A DNA stretch of 60,846 bases. It comes from an uncultured archaeon. Its GTDB lineage: Archaea; Nanohalarchaeota; Nanosalinia; Nanosalinales; Nanohalalkaliarchaeaceae. Shown here piece after piece: positions 35,540-44,861 of this stretch. Each line of letters begins with the position of its first letter. Within the stretch, counting starts at the first letter, position 1. The notes beneath the pieces were generated by a model that saw only the letters and a program-made list of their open reading frames with translations, was not told where the DNA came from and made no database searches. Position numbers and translations under genes: made by a program. The stretch is from positions 1 through 60,846 of the forward strand of contig CAZTXA010000001.1 of the NCBI GenBank assembly GCA_964617945.1. Direction: 5' to 3'.

Positions 35540-37129
35540 TTACTCTTCCAGCTGGTTCCTGATCTCGTTGATAACAGTGTTCCGGTTCTTCCCCTGCTTC
35601 TCCTCCTCCATCAACACTTCCAGGAACTCGTCGCTGAGATTGTCGTCCCGCAGCCCCTTGACCACGGTGTTCGTGTTCTGGTCGAGGACGTCGTCCGCGG
35701 ACTTGTGGTAGTCACGCATCTGGGTGGATGGCGTCACTCCGACCTCTTCACGCCGGAGGAAGTAGTACCCGCCGATGAGGAGGATGAGCGCTGTCACGAT
35801 GACCGCGGCGATGCCAGACGACTGGCCGGTGATGCGCCCGACCGGCGTCCGCGTCCCGGCCATCTCAAGCGTGACGGTACCGTTCCGGGCTGTCGCGTTC
35901 ATCTGTACTGTGTTCCGCACCCCCTGTCCCGAGACGACCATCGTCGCCGTGTAGGTGCCGTCGCCGAAGAAGTCTGGCGCCATGTACACGTATACTGGTG
36001 CTGTGTCGTTGGGCTCCAGCGAGACGTTGGCCGGCTCGGCGTCCATCCAGTCCGGCCCGTCGAGCTCCACGGTGTACGTATTCGTCTGTGTACCGTTGTT
36101 CGTCAGTGCGAACTCGACCAGCGTCCGGTTCCCTGCCTCGGGGGCGGTCGTCACCGGTTCAAGGGAGAGGTCGTGGCACCTGTCGATACTGACCTCCGAC
36201 ATCGCGGAGTCCTGCACGCGGGCGAGGCTGGTCGATGTTGCGGAGACCTGGATGTTCCCGGTGATGTCCGCGGCCGGGATCGACTCCTCCACGGTTACAG
36301 TCTGCCCGGCGGCCACGGAGACGTTCCGTGTCTCCCCGCCGATCGCAACGCGGTACGTATCATTGATACGGCCGTTGTTGGCGACGGTCGCTGTAAGCAG
36401 GAAGTCGTCCGAGTTGCACAGGGACGCGGTCTCCGGGGCGACGGACACGTCTACGTCCCGGCACGCCTCTGCTACAAATTCGATGTCAGTGGTATCCGTT
36501 GCATAACTGGTTGTAGAGTCCGCGCGGACCCGGACAGTTCTGTCCATCTCCTCGGTGCTTGACAGGGTCAGCGTCACCGTCTGTTCGTCGCCGGAATCGA
36601 GTGTGACGGTGTCGGTGGAGAGCTGTCCCGCATCAGCGGACAGTTCATAGGTCTCCTCGACCTGCCCCTGGTTCTCGATATCGATCCTATACACTGCCTC
36701 GTCGCCGCGGCATACCTGCTGCCGGTCCTCCACTGTTTCGAGCGCGACGGAGCGACAGCTGAGGACGTTCAACGTGCCGGGTTCGATTGCTGTATCCCCG
36801 TTGTTGGAGGAGGTTGCGGACACGGTGAACTGGTGCTCTCCCGGTGCGGCGGTCTTCGGTGCCTGTACCCACAGCGGGATGCGTTCCGTCCCTCCGGGGT
36901 CGATCCGGACTGTGTCTGTCGGGAGGGTGGACGCACCTGTCCACGGCCCCTCAACATCTATCGTGTACCTGTCTCCCGCCGGGCCGGGGTTATGTAGCTG
37001 GACGGTGTACTGGCCGCTCCCGGTCGGACACGCCTGCCCGTTCCCCGTGTTCACGGATAGCTGCGGTGTCCCAGCAGCTGCAAGCGGGACAAGGAGGAGA
37101 ACGGCGAACAGGGGGAGGACACGCTTCAT
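35540..37129 (-). CDS. secreted, C-terminally TM-anchored multi-domain (CARDB/NEW3-like) surface protein with a cytoplasmic tail
   Basis: Signal peptide MKRVLPLFAVLLLVPLAAAG. Repeated beta-domains (YTVQLHNPGPAGDRYTIDV, YRIDIENQGQVEETYELS, ATVANNGRINDTYRV, FALTNNGTQTNTYTVEL). Many N-x-S/T sequons. TM helix IAAVIVTALILLIGGYYFL. Tail of about 80 aa. Confidence 0.65.
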   Translation of the reverse strand: MKRVLPLFAVLLLVPLAAAGTPQLSVNTGNGQACPTGSGQYTVQLHNPGPAGDRYTIDVEGPWTGASTLPTDTVRIDPGGTERIPLWVQAPKTAAPGEHQFTVSATSSNNGDTAIEPGTLNVLSCRSVALETVEDRQQVCRGDEAVYRIDIENQGQVEETYELSADAGQLSTDTVTLDSGDEQTVTLTLSSTEEMDRTVRVRADSTTSYATDTTDIEFVAEACRDVDVSVAPETASLCNSDDFLLTATVANNGRINDTYRVAIGGETRNVSVAAGQTVTVEESIPAADITGNIQVSATSTSLARVQDSAMSEVSIDRCHDLSLEPVTTAPEAGNRTLVEFALTNNGTQTNTYTVELDGPDWMDAEPANVSLEPNDTAPVYVYMAPDFFGDGTYTATMVVSGQGVRNTVQMNATARNGTVTLEMAGTRTPVGRITGQSSGIAAVIVTALILLIGGYYFLRREEVGVTPSTQMRDYHKSADDVLDQNTNTVVKGLRDDNLSDEFLEVLMEEEKQGKNRNTVINEIRNQLEE

Positions 37130-37163
37130 AGGAATTTATCTACGCCACAATAGTTAAATACGT

Positions 37164-38894
37164 TCAGTACTGGGGCTCGATAACCTCTCTCCGCCGTCTG
37201 CGCCAGTAGAGGAGGATGAGGAGCAGGACGATCCCGCCGGCGCCGATGACAGCCCATTTCTCGCGTTGCCCGAGCTCTGTGAACTGTGCCCTCGTGTCTG
37301 ATGCCCACTGTGCCGCGCCCCCGATGACCGGGTTCTTGAGCGCGGGGTTCTCGACGGCGAGCACCTCGACCTGTGCCTCGGTGAGCACGGTGTCCTTGTT
37401 CGAAACAGTTATCGTCCCCGTGTACCGCCCGGTCTCGTCCGGGACGGCGCGGACGACTGCCGTGGTCGATCCCCCCGCCCTGAGGTTCACGGTACCGGGG
37501 GACTGGATCGATAGATCCTCGAACCCGTCGACACTGATATCGAACTGCCGTGCCGCGAGCCGGTCGTTGTCGATACGGACCTGGAAGACGCCGGCCTGCC
37601 CCTGCGTCAGGGTGAGCTGGTCAGGGAAGACCTCTGTCGAGATACCGGTATCAACGGTCTGGACCGTCCGCTCCGCGGACGCTGACGCTGCGCCTGCGGA
37701 CGCCTCGACCCTGACGGTGTGGTCGCCGCTGGACGAGACGGAGGTGGAGAAACAGTGTTCCGTCTCCCTGGCGACCGAGACGGTTTCAGTCTTCCTGAGC
37801 TGGCCGTCGACGAGGAGCCGGAGCGTGACCTCGCCGCTCTCCGACCGGCTGACGCGGCTGCAGACATCGAAGATGCTGCCGGCCCCGGCCCGCTCTGGGA
37901 CGGAGACCTCACTGATATCGAGCTCCGGCTCCACCGTCAGGAACTTCTCCACTTCGGCCGTGCCGACCCGCAGCGTCACCCGATGCACGCCAGCCCGTTC
38001 AGGGATGATGGTATGGGTATAGTGGCCGCCCTCGTCAGAGAACACCGGCGCCTCGAACCGCCCCCCGTAGTAGAGGTCGGCACGGGTGTTCCGCCTGCTC
38101 AATATCCCGGAGACGGTGACGTGGTCGCCGACCGTGACCTCGCTCTGTCGCAGGTTCATCGTGGCATGGACCCGGGACACGACCAGGGTGGCGTTCATAC
38201 TGTCCCTGTCCCGGAACGTTGACGCCTCGATCCTGATGGTCTCCCGGTCCCGGGTGGCGGCAGGGACGGAGAGTTCGATCGGCACTGTCCGCGTGGACGT
38301 TCCGTCGAGACGGCCGACCTCTTCAGTCATCGTCCTCCCGAACGCGTCGACGGCGACATGGAGCTGGCTCATGTCCCTGTCTCCTGTATTCCGGACAGTG
38401 ACATCGACTGTCGCGGTCTGGCCAGCCATCACCGTTGCAGGCATCGACACAGACTTGATACGGAGATCACCCTCCTCTGGTTCGACGATGGTACCGCTCT
38501 CCCCGACATCGATGGACACGTTCCGCTGCTCCCCGCCGATGACGCGGCCGTCCCGGTCACGCGACTGGACCGAGAGCGTGACTTCGTGCGTCCCCTCCCG
38601 GTCGGTCGGCGTGTCGAGGTAGAAGATAACCCGGTCCTCCTCGCCAGGGTCCAGCCCCCAGAGGTTCTCCTCCTTCACCTGGTTGAACCCCTCGGCCTTC
38701 ACCTCCATGTGGTACGCGTCCTCGTCGTCCGTGTTCTTCACGGTCGCGGCGATACGCGCGGTGTCACCGCTCTCAACGAAATCAGGCGCCTCTATATCGA
38801 GGATGTCGACGTTGGCATCGGCCGCCGCTGTACCGCTGAATATCACGGAGAGGCAGAACAGGGTGAGAAGGGCCCGGTGCCGCACCGTAGCCAT
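37164..38894 (-). CDS. secreted, C-terminally TM-anchored multi-domain (CARDB-like) surface protein
   Basis: Signal peptide ...LFCLSVIFSGTAAADA. Repeats such as IAATVKNTDDEDAYHMEV and VDVTVRNTGDRDMSQLHV. TM helix WAVIGAGGIVLLLILLYW followed by RRRRR. Confidence 0.65.
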   Translation of the reverse strand: MATVRHRALLTLFCLSVIFSGTAAADANVDILDIEAPDFVESGDTARIAATVKNTDDEDAYHMEVKAEGFNQVKEENLWGLDPGEEDRVIFYLDTPTDREGTHEVTLSVQSRDRDGRVIGGEQRNVSIDVGESGTIVEPEEGDLRIKSVSMPATVMAGQTATVDVTVRNTGDRDMSQLHVAVDAFGRTMTEEVGRLDGTSTRTVPIELSVPAATRDRETIRIEASTFRDRDSMNATLVVSRVHATMNLRQSEVTVGDHVTVSGILSRRNTRADLYYGGRFEAPVFSDEGGHYTHTIIPERAGVHRVTLRVGTAEVEKFLTVEPELDISEVSVPERAGAGSIFDVCSRVSRSESGEVTLRLLVDGQLRKTETVSVARETEHCFSTSVSSSGDHTVRVEASAGAASASAERTVQTVDTGISTEVFPDQLTLTQGQAGVFQVRIDNDRLAARQFDISVDGFEDLSIQSPGTVNLRAGGSTTAVVRAVPDETGRYTGTITVSNKDTVLTEAQVEVLAVENPALKNPVIGGAAQWASDTRAQFTELGQREKWAVIGAGGIVLLLILLYWRRRRREVIEPQY

Positions 38895-38953
38895 GTTGTT
38901 ACTTTTAAATCAGACCAAGTTTTAAATCTGTCGCTACTCGGCCGCGCCCGCTC

Positions 38954-39787
38954 TTACCCGGTGTTTTCAACCCGTACATCGAAGCACACCCGTTCTACGG
39001 CCGGGTTGTAGTGGCCGCAGACAACTGACTCCTCGATCTCTACCGTTGCGCCGTGCTCGGCGAACAGCTGCTCCACGTGCATCTCCGCTTCGTCCCACAG
39101 CTCGTCCTTCGGTACGAACCGGTAGAAGTGGATAACGCCGCCCTCGTTCACATGGTCCAGCGCGAGGTCGACGAACTCGTCGCTGCTCTCCGGCAGGTTC
39201 ATCACGACCCGGTCCGCCTGCACACCCAGTTCTGGAAGGTTGTCCCGGACATCGCCGCCGAAGACCTCGACCCGGTCTTCAACGTTGTTCAGCTCCACGT
39301 TCTGTTCCAGGTAGTCGACCGCCGCCGGGTTCACCTCGAACGCGTACACCATCTCAACGCCAGCGTTCCGTGCCAGCTGGACGGTGAACGGGCCGACACC
39401 GGCGAACATGTCGACCACAGTCTCCCCTTCTGCAGCCTGTTCAACCACGCGCTCCCGCTCGTGGCCGAGCCGCTCGGAGAAGTACACCGCGGTCGGGTCC
39501 AGGGCGAACCGGCAGCCGTGCTCCTTGTGGATCGTGTCTGTCGCGTCGCCGCGCAACAGTTCATACTCGGCGACGCGGTACTCGCCCGACCGCTCCCCGG
39601 TCTTCCGGAGAACGGTGTTGACGTTGGTGTGCTGCTCCAGCACTGCCTCCCCGATGACATCCTTCTTCGCCTCCAGCTCCTCCGGCACCTTGATGATGGC
39701 GATGTCGCCGACGATATCGTACGACGTGACAAGGTGCTCCAGCTCGTCCTCCGTCAACGAGCCCTCCAGCCGGTCTTTCAGGTCCAT
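38954..39787 (-). CDS. trm5: tRNA (guanine37-N1)-methyltransferase Trm5/Taw22 family (Met-10+ like)
   Basis: YDIVGDIAIIKVPEELE, FALDPTAVYFSERLGHERERV, VVDMFAGVGPFTVQLA, VMNLPE. Confidence 0.8.
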   Translation of the reverse strand: MDLKDRLEGSLTEDELEHLVTSYDIVGDIAIIKVPEELEAKKDVIGEAVLEQHTNVNTVLRKTGERSGEYRVAEYELLRGDATDTIHKEHGCRFALDPTAVYFSERLGHERERVVEQAAEGETVVDMFAGVGPFTVQLARNAGVEMVYAFEVNPAAVDYLEQNVELNNVEDRVEVFGGDVRDNLPELGVQADRVVMNLPESSDEFVDLALDHVNEGGVIHFYRFVPKDELWDEAEMHVEQLFAEHGATVEIEESVVCGHYNPAVERVCFDVRVENTG

Positions 39788-39817
39788 GCCGGTGCCTGTT
39801 CCCGAACAGTTAAAGGG

Positions 39818-40282
39818 TCACTGCTGCAGCGCGTCCCGGACGGACACGGAGCCGTACTCCGTGACCGCGTCCAGCACCACTTTCGTCTTCGTGTCCGCGA
39901 TCCCGCCCTCCTGCTGCAGGTCGCGGATGAAGTCGTACATGTGCTGCCGGTCCACGAACTTGCAGATGAGGACGATGTCCGTGTCACCGGTCACGACGAA
40001 CTCGGACAGGATCTCGTCCCGCTCCGACATGTCAGGGACCAGCTCGTCCTTGTACCCGGCCTCGACGCCGATGTCGACGACCGCGGTGATACCGAACCCG
40101 ATCTCCTCGTAGTCGAGCTTCGGCTGGAACCCGTCGATGACACCGTTCGATTCCAGCTCGTGGAACCGGTTGCTGACCGTGGATGGTGACAGATCCAGTT
40201 CGTCCGCTAGCTCCCGTAACGATGCCCGTCCGTCCTTCTGGAGGTACTCGATGATCGCGAGGTCAGTTTCGTCGATGTCCAT
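39818..40282 (-). CDS. lrp: Lrp/AsnC-family transcriptional regulator
   Basis: Start ATG 40282. HTH MDIDETDLAIIEYLQKDGRASLRELADELDLSPSTVSNRFHELESNGVI, followed by a RAM domain. Confidence 0.85.
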   Translation of the reverse strand: MDIDETDLAIIEYLQKDGRASLRELADELDLSPSTVSNRFHELESNGVIDGFQPKLDYEEIGFGITAVVDIGVEAGYKDELVPDMSERDEILSEFVVTGDTDIVLICKFVDRQHMYDFIRDLQQEGGIADTKTKVVLDAVTEYGSVSVRDALQQ

Positions 40283-40317
40283 GTGTCCACACACCCACCC
40301 AACAGTTAAACATATTG

Positions 40318-40331
40318 CGAACATATGTTCG
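40318..40331. promoter_or_regulatory. perfect 14-bp palindrome CGAACATATGTTCG upstream of lrp (candidate operator)
   Basis: Read directly from the sequence. It sits just upstream of the putative lrp TATA (GTTTAAC on the minus strand, 40305-40311). An extra half-site AACATAT lies at 40309-40315. Confidence 0.4.
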
Positions 40332-40386
40332 AGGTTAGATATATGATTACAGGATGCGTATAGTGTAAACGGTGAGAACTGTGGGA

Positions 40387-40542
40387 ATGTGCAGAATTTG
40401 TGGCTGCCTCGTGGCAACCCAGGATGTCGAAGAGGTCAAGATGGCCGGCCGGGATCACACGGTCTGCAGCTCCTGCGCCGACAAGAAGATCCCGATGCTG
40501 TCCGGCCTTCCAGGCGTGGTTATCGGTGGACGCGATGTGTAG
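40387..40542 (+). CDS. small zinc-ribbon protein (51 aa; below the ORF-track cut-off)
   Basis: MCRICGCLVATQDVEEVKMAGRDHTVCSSCADKKIPMLSGLPGVVIGGRDV, with CxxC...CxxC. GC3-rich codons. The overlapping track ORFs 40389/40400 are in other frames and are R-rich. Confidence 0.4.
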   Translation: MCRICGCLVATQDVEEVKMAGRDHTVCSSCADKKIPMLSGLPGVVIGGRDV

Positions 40543-40626
40543 GACGTGTACCGCTGCAGAGATCACGGTCGCCGCAGCGTGGCGGCCCCGCTGACGGTTT
40601 AAAGCGCCCGGTCCACAGGTAAGGGT

Positions 40627-41301
40627 ATGCTGGTCGTGTCAGATATTCACGGGAATCTCCCGGCGCTTGAGGCGGTGCTGGACGACGCGCCCGGTGCGGA
40701 CACGGTCATCTGTTGCGGCGACCTGACCGGATACTACCCGTGGCCGGACGACGTGGTCGGGATAGCCAGGGAACAGGGGTTTCTCGCTGTACGCGGCAAC
40801 CACGATGAGGCGATCATCACCGGGTCGACGTTTGGAATGGCAGGTGCCGCTGCCACTGCTGCCCGGTGGACGACCGAGGCCATCGCCGACGACACCAGGG
40901 CGTTCCTGGAGAAGCTGCCGTACACCCGCCGCGAAGCTGTCCACGGCGTGGATGTGCTGGTGGCGCACGGCTCGCCGCGTGCCCCGGTGGAAGAATACGT
41001 CTACCCGGACACGGTATCGGAACAGTTCCTGCAGGAGCAGAACATCGACGCGGACATCCTCTTGCTCGGCCACACCCACGTCCCGTTCGCGAAGACCGTG
41101 GCCGACACGCTGGTGGTGAACCCTGGCAGCGTCGGGCAGCCGCGGGACGGCGACCCCCGTGCCGCGTACGCTGTCGTCGACCTGGCGGAACAGACCGCCG
41201 ATATCCACCGCGTCGAGTACCCTGTGGCGGAGGTGCAGGAGGCTGTACGCGGTGCAGGCCTCCCGGACGAACTCGCGGCCCGGCTTGAGCACGGCCGGTG
41301 A
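40627..41301 (+). CDS. metallophosphoesterase (YfcE/MJ0936-like)
   Basis: VVSDIHGN, CCGDLTGY, RGNHDE, LLLGHTHVPF, VNPGSVGQPRDG. Confidence 0.85.
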   Translation: MLVVSDIHGNLPALEAVLDDAPGADTVICCGDLTGYYPWPDDVVGIAREQGFLAVRGNHDEAIITGSTFGMAGAAATAARWTTEAIADDTRAFLEKLPYTRREAVHGVDVLVAHGSPRAPVEEYVYPDTVSEQFLQEQNIDADILLLGHTHVPFAKTVADTLVVNPGSVGQPRDGDPRAAYAVVDLAEQTADIHRVEYPVAEVQEAVRGAGLPDELAARLEHGR

Positions 41302-41342
41302 CCCTGTCCACGCATTTAAGCCTCTCCCACACTCCTGCACCC

Positions 41343-42035
41343 ATGTTACACCTGGTCGGGCTCGGCCTCCGCGACGGCGATATCGCAGTCCGCGGCATCG
41401 ACGCGCTGGAAGCCGCGGATGCAGCGTACGCGGAGCTGTACACCAACAGCATCGACTACGACCTCGACGCACTGGCGGAACGGACAGGGACAGAGATCAC
41501 GGTACTGGACCGGGCCGCGGTCGAGGACGAGGACCGTGTCGTCCAGGACGCTGCCGACAGGGATGTCGTGTTTCTTGTGTCGGGCGACCCGCTGGCCGCG
41601 ACCACCCACCAGGACCTGCTGTTCCGTGCCCGGGACCGCGGCATCGCCGTCGAGGTGGTGCACGCCCCGTCCATCCTGACCGTGGTCGCACAGACCGGTC
41701 TCTCCGTGTACAAGTTCGGCCGCACCACTACACTCACCGTCCAGAACGGCGAGGTACCGGGATCGGTGTTCGACGCCGTCCGGGGGAACAGGGAAGCAGG
41801 GCTGCACACCCTGGTCCTGCTCGATATCGGGATGACAGTTGACGAGGCGCTCCCACTCCTCGACGATGAGATTTCAGGCGACGTCGTCGTGTGCGACCGG
41901 GTCGGCACCGCGGACCAGCAGATCGCGGTCGGTGAGATCGATGAGATAGCGGCGGACCGGTTCGGGACGCCCGCCGCGATAATAGTGCCGGGCGACCTCA
42001 GCGACAACGAGGCGGAGCGCCTGGAACACGTTTAA
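41343..42035 (+). CDS. dph5: diphthine synthase
   Basis: Start ATG 41343. MLHLVGLGLRDGDIAVRGIDALEAADAAYAELYTN, VVFLVSGDPLAATTHQDL. TATA ATTTAAG at 41314-41320 lies 23-29 nt upstream. Confidence 0.85.
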   Translation: MLHLVGLGLRDGDIAVRGIDALEAADAAYAELYTNSIDYDLDALAERTGTEITVLDRAAVEDEDRVVQDAADRDVVFLVSGDPLAATTHQDLLFRARDRGIAVEVVHAPSILTVVAQTGLSVYKFGRTTTLTVQNGEVPGSVFDAVRGNREAGLHTLVLLDIGMTVDEALPLLDDEISGDVVVCDRVGTADQQIAVGEIDEIAADRFGTPAAIIVPGDLSDNEAERLEHV

Positions 42036-42060
42036 GAACCGCCGCCGCCAAGCCTCTGGC

Positions 42061-42669
42061 ATGGAGCTGCCCCAGACGAAGCGGCCGTCACCACTGTCAC
42101 CGCACTTCTTCTACAAGTACGTGAAGTTCGGTGTGCCGGCACTCCTCATCGCGGTCGCTGTCCTCGTCCTTACTGCGTACGGGTACCTCGACGTCCTCCC
42201 GTTCAACCCGCTGTACCTGCTCGTACTGACCCTCCCGTTCCTGGGGAAGGCGCTGCAGGCGGAGATCAACCGTCACACCTACGAGTACGAGTTCAACTCC
42301 GAACGGGTGAAGGTGCGGACCGGGCGGCACACCATCCAGCAGGAGGATGTGCTGTACGAGGAGATTACAGACATCTCCTCCGAGAGCCCGCCGTGGGAGC
42401 AGCTGGTGGATGTGGGCGACCTCCACCTGCACTTGACCGGGACGGACAAAGTGGTGACGATGCTGGGGCTGCGACACCCGGACCGGTACGAGAACCTGAT
42501 GCTCGGCCGGGAATCCCATGAAGAGACCGTGACGGACAAGGAGAGTATCGAGACCGAGCTGGTCGACCTTGAACGCCAGTACGAGAACGGGGAGATCGGG
42601 CGGGCGGAGTACGAACGCCGGTACTACTACCTGCAGGGCAAACTGGACGTGCTGGAGGCGCAGGAATGA
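42061..42669 (+). CDS. membrane protein with a bPH_2 (YdbS/YdbT-like PH) domain and a C-terminal SHOCT-like helix
   Basis: Two N-terminal TM helices. YEFNSERVKVRTGRHTIQQEDVLYEEITDIS...VGDLHLHLTG. C-terminal LERQYENGEIGRAEYERRYYYLQGKL. Confidence 0.65.
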   Translation: MELPQTKRPSPLSPHFFYKYVKFGVPALLIAVAVLVLTAYGYLDVLPFNPLYLLVLTLPFLGKALQAEINRHTYEYEFNSERVKVRTGRHTIQQEDVLYEEITDISSESPPWEQLVDVGDLHLHLTGTDKVVTMLGLRHPDRYENLMLGRESHEETVTDKESIETELVDLERQYENGEIGRAEYERRYYYLQGKLDVLEAQE

Positions 42670-42914
42670 CGGACACAGCGGAACGACTGGAGGAGGAGAC
42701 GGACAAGTGGCGGGGAAAACTGCAGCAACGGATCTCCGAGGTCGAAGCGGTGGACGGGGACGGAACGGTGATCCTGGAGAACGCCCGCGCCTATCTCGAG
42801 GACGCGGACCATTTCGAGGCTGACGGTGACATGGTCCGTGCGTTCGAGGCAGTGGTATGGGGATGGAGCTGGGTGGAGATCGGGGAAGAACTGGGAAAGA
42901 TAGGAGAAAAATAA
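42666..42914 (+). CDS. DUF357-family protein
   Basis: NARAYLEDADHFEADGDMVRAFEAVVWGWSWVEIG matches my recollection of the DUF357 core. ATGA overlap with the upstream gene. Confidence 0.55.
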   Translation: MTDTAERLEEETDKWRGKLQQRISEVEAVDGDGTVILENARAYLEDADHFEADGDMVRAFEAVVWGWSWVEIGEELGKIGEK

Positions 42915-42956
42915 AGGAAGGGAAGAGGGAGGACGGCGCCTCCCTCGTTGGTTTTT

Positions 42957-44687
42957 CTACGCGAGTCGCTGATGGACGTCCGGGAGCGGGTCGACGGTCT
43001 GGCCGTCAACCTCGACCTGGTAGTTGCCGGTGACGATGTCGCTCACCCGTTCGTAGGTGGCTTCATCGTTCAGGTCGCTGTTCTCCCGTGCGTCGACGAT
43101 CTCCTGCGTGTAGGTCGCTACAGCCTCAACGTCGTCGGAGAGGCTGAGCTGGTCGCCTGCACTGAACCGGGCGTCCTGGTGGAGGTACCCGGCGTCCAGC
43201 GCCTCGTTGAGGTGCTGGGTGTACTCGGCGACCGTGTCTGAACGGTCCGTGACCTCTGCAGCGAAGGAGTCGAGTCGCTCGTGGTCGGCCAGCTGGTCTG
43301 GCTGGTCGACGCTGAGCGCGTCGTCGTACTGGTCGACCTCCGCCACAACTTCGTGGAACCGGTTCGCCGCACTGACGATGTCGTCCAGCATGCCGCCGGA
43401 GCTGAACCCGTCGCCGAGCCGGTCCATCTTCGCGTCCAGTGCGTCGTACCACTGGTCAAGCCGGTCTGTCGAAGCGGTCTCCGGCTTGTACTGGTCTTCT
43501 GTGGAGAATCCCTGGTTCTTCTCCATCCGGAGATCGACAGAGATCTCGTGAAGCAGGCCGTTCTGGCCGAGCATCTCGGCCATCTCCTGCTGGACATCAT
43601 GCAGTCGGTCGGCAAGCTCGATCTCTTCCTCGTAGAAGCTGTCGATGGTCTCTGCCGTCTGCTCCACGGTCTGGTCCATGTCCGTCAGGAGCCGGTCGTA
43701 GTCCCGCAGCAGTCGCCGATCCTGGCTCTCGATCTCGTGCTTCTTCGCCTCTGTCGGCGCCATCTGCGCTTCCCGGACGGTCTGCTGGATTTCGTCCTCG
43801 GTCGCAGCAGCCACATCGTCGGCGAGCTCGTACACGGTCGCACGGTGCTCGATGATGGAGGTGACGTCCCCGTCATCGGGGTCGACGATGCTCCCAAAGT
43901 TTTCATGCGTGTGGATCGCGTCCAGGACGAGCCGGTGCTCGTACTGTCCTTCCGGTACTTCACCGAGGCTCCGGCCCGACCCGGCTTCGTCCGCAAGGTC
44001 AGCGGTCGTCGTGTCGTCCGCCGATAGCCGGGGGACAACAGAGCGTTCCAGGAGCGTGGCGTCGAAGTCGGTCTCTTCGTCGTAGTGGTTGTCGAGGAAC
44101 CGGTCCTCGTCCATCGCGTCGTCTTCACTGTATGTCCGGTTGGTGTCCCTGTTCAGGGTCTCTCGGGCGTAGTCGTTGCGCGCCTCTTCGTGCATTCCGG
44201 ACTGGAGTCCTTCGACGTTCGCGTCCTGCACGATGTCCGCGACCGTCTTCTGCTGGTCAAAGAACGCGGCCGTTCCTGCGTCGTCGCCGTCACCGCCGAC
44301 GTCGTCGACAGCCACTTCTGTCGTGTGCCGGACCAGTTCGACACGTTCCTCTGTGCTCATCTCGTCGACGATCTCTTCCGCCTTGTCGAGCGGCGGGACT
44401 TCCTGGTCGGGCGTGCTGTCGTCTGTCGGAGGTGTCACAGGCTCGTCAGGGGTATCACCGTCGCCCTCACCTGTCTCTCCAGAGCCGTGTGCCTCTGCAG
44501 CAGAAGCGACATCGTCGTCGCGGGCCTCTTCATGTGTCCGTTCCTCGTCGGACGGTGACTCTCCGCTTCCGTCCGTCATAAGGGGTTTATCGCTGTCAGC
44601 ATCCGTGATCGGGGCGGATGCATCCGTTTCGGTCTGTTTGTTCCGGGAGTTTCCTAGCTGTTCAATCCAGTTACGCCAGTTAGGCAT
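42957..44687 (-). CDS. hyper-acidic soluble protein with coiled-coil segments (uncharacterised)
   Basis: Start ATG 44687 (MPNWRNWIEQLG). No TM helix or signal peptide. D/E content is very high. It is divergent from the 44862 gene. Confidence 0.6.
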   Translation of the reverse strand: MPNWRNWIEQLGNSRNKQTETDASAPITDADSDKPLMTDGSGESPSDEERTHEEARDDDVASAAEAHGSGETGEGDGDTPDEPVTPPTDDSTPDQEVPPLDKAEEIVDEMSTEERVELVRHTTEVAVDDVGGDGDDAGTAAFFDQQKTVADIVQDANVEGLQSGMHEEARNDYARETLNRDTNRTYSEDDAMDEDRFLDNHYDEETDFDATLLERSVVPRLSADDTTTADLADEAGSGRSLGEVPEGQYEHRLVLDAIHTHENFGSIVDPDDGDVTSIIEHRATVYELADDVAAATEDEIQQTVREAQMAPTEAKKHEIESQDRRLLRDYDRLLTDMDQTVEQTAETIDSFYEEEIELADRLHDVQQEMAEMLGQNGLLHEISVDLRMEKNQGFSTEDQYKPETASTDRLDQWYDALDAKMDRLGDGFSSGGMLDDIVSAANRFHEVVAEVDQYDDALSVDQPDQLADHERLDSFAAEVTDRSDTVAEYTQHLNEALDAGYLHQDARFSAGDQLSLSDDVEAVATYTQEIVDARENSDLNDEATYERVSDIVTGNYQVEVDGQTVDPLPDVHQRLA

Positions 44688-44835
44688 GATTTCACCATGA
44701 AGTGACAACAGGAACAAACATTTTTAAAATCGTCGGCAGTACCGCAAATATGGCGAATATAGGGCCTATAGTTGCCCGCCGGGGCCGGTTGATGCGGCCG
44801 GGGTCGCCCGCCCCACCACAACCTTTTTATATTGT

Positions 44836-44856
44836 TACTGTTAAATGATAACAGTA
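44836..44856. repeat. inverted repeat TACTGTTA-aatga-TAACAGTA between the TATA box and the start of the 44862 gene (candidate operator)
   Basis: Read directly from the sequence. TATA TTTATAT at 44826-44832, ATG at 44862. Confidence 0.4.
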
Positions 44857-44861
44857 GATTG

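Noticed and set aside
39053-40189. 378-aa plus-strand ORF spanning trm5 and lrp
   Set aside because: It runs antisense across two independently well-supported genes. The product is R/V/L/H-rich.
40639-41472. 277-aa minus-strand ORF and several R/G/P-rich ORFs (40817-41452, 41159-41842) over the metallophosphoesterase and diphthine synthase genes
   Set aside because: They overlap two genes with canonical motifs. Arg/Pro/Gly-rich translations are typical of off-frame reading of GC-rich DNA.
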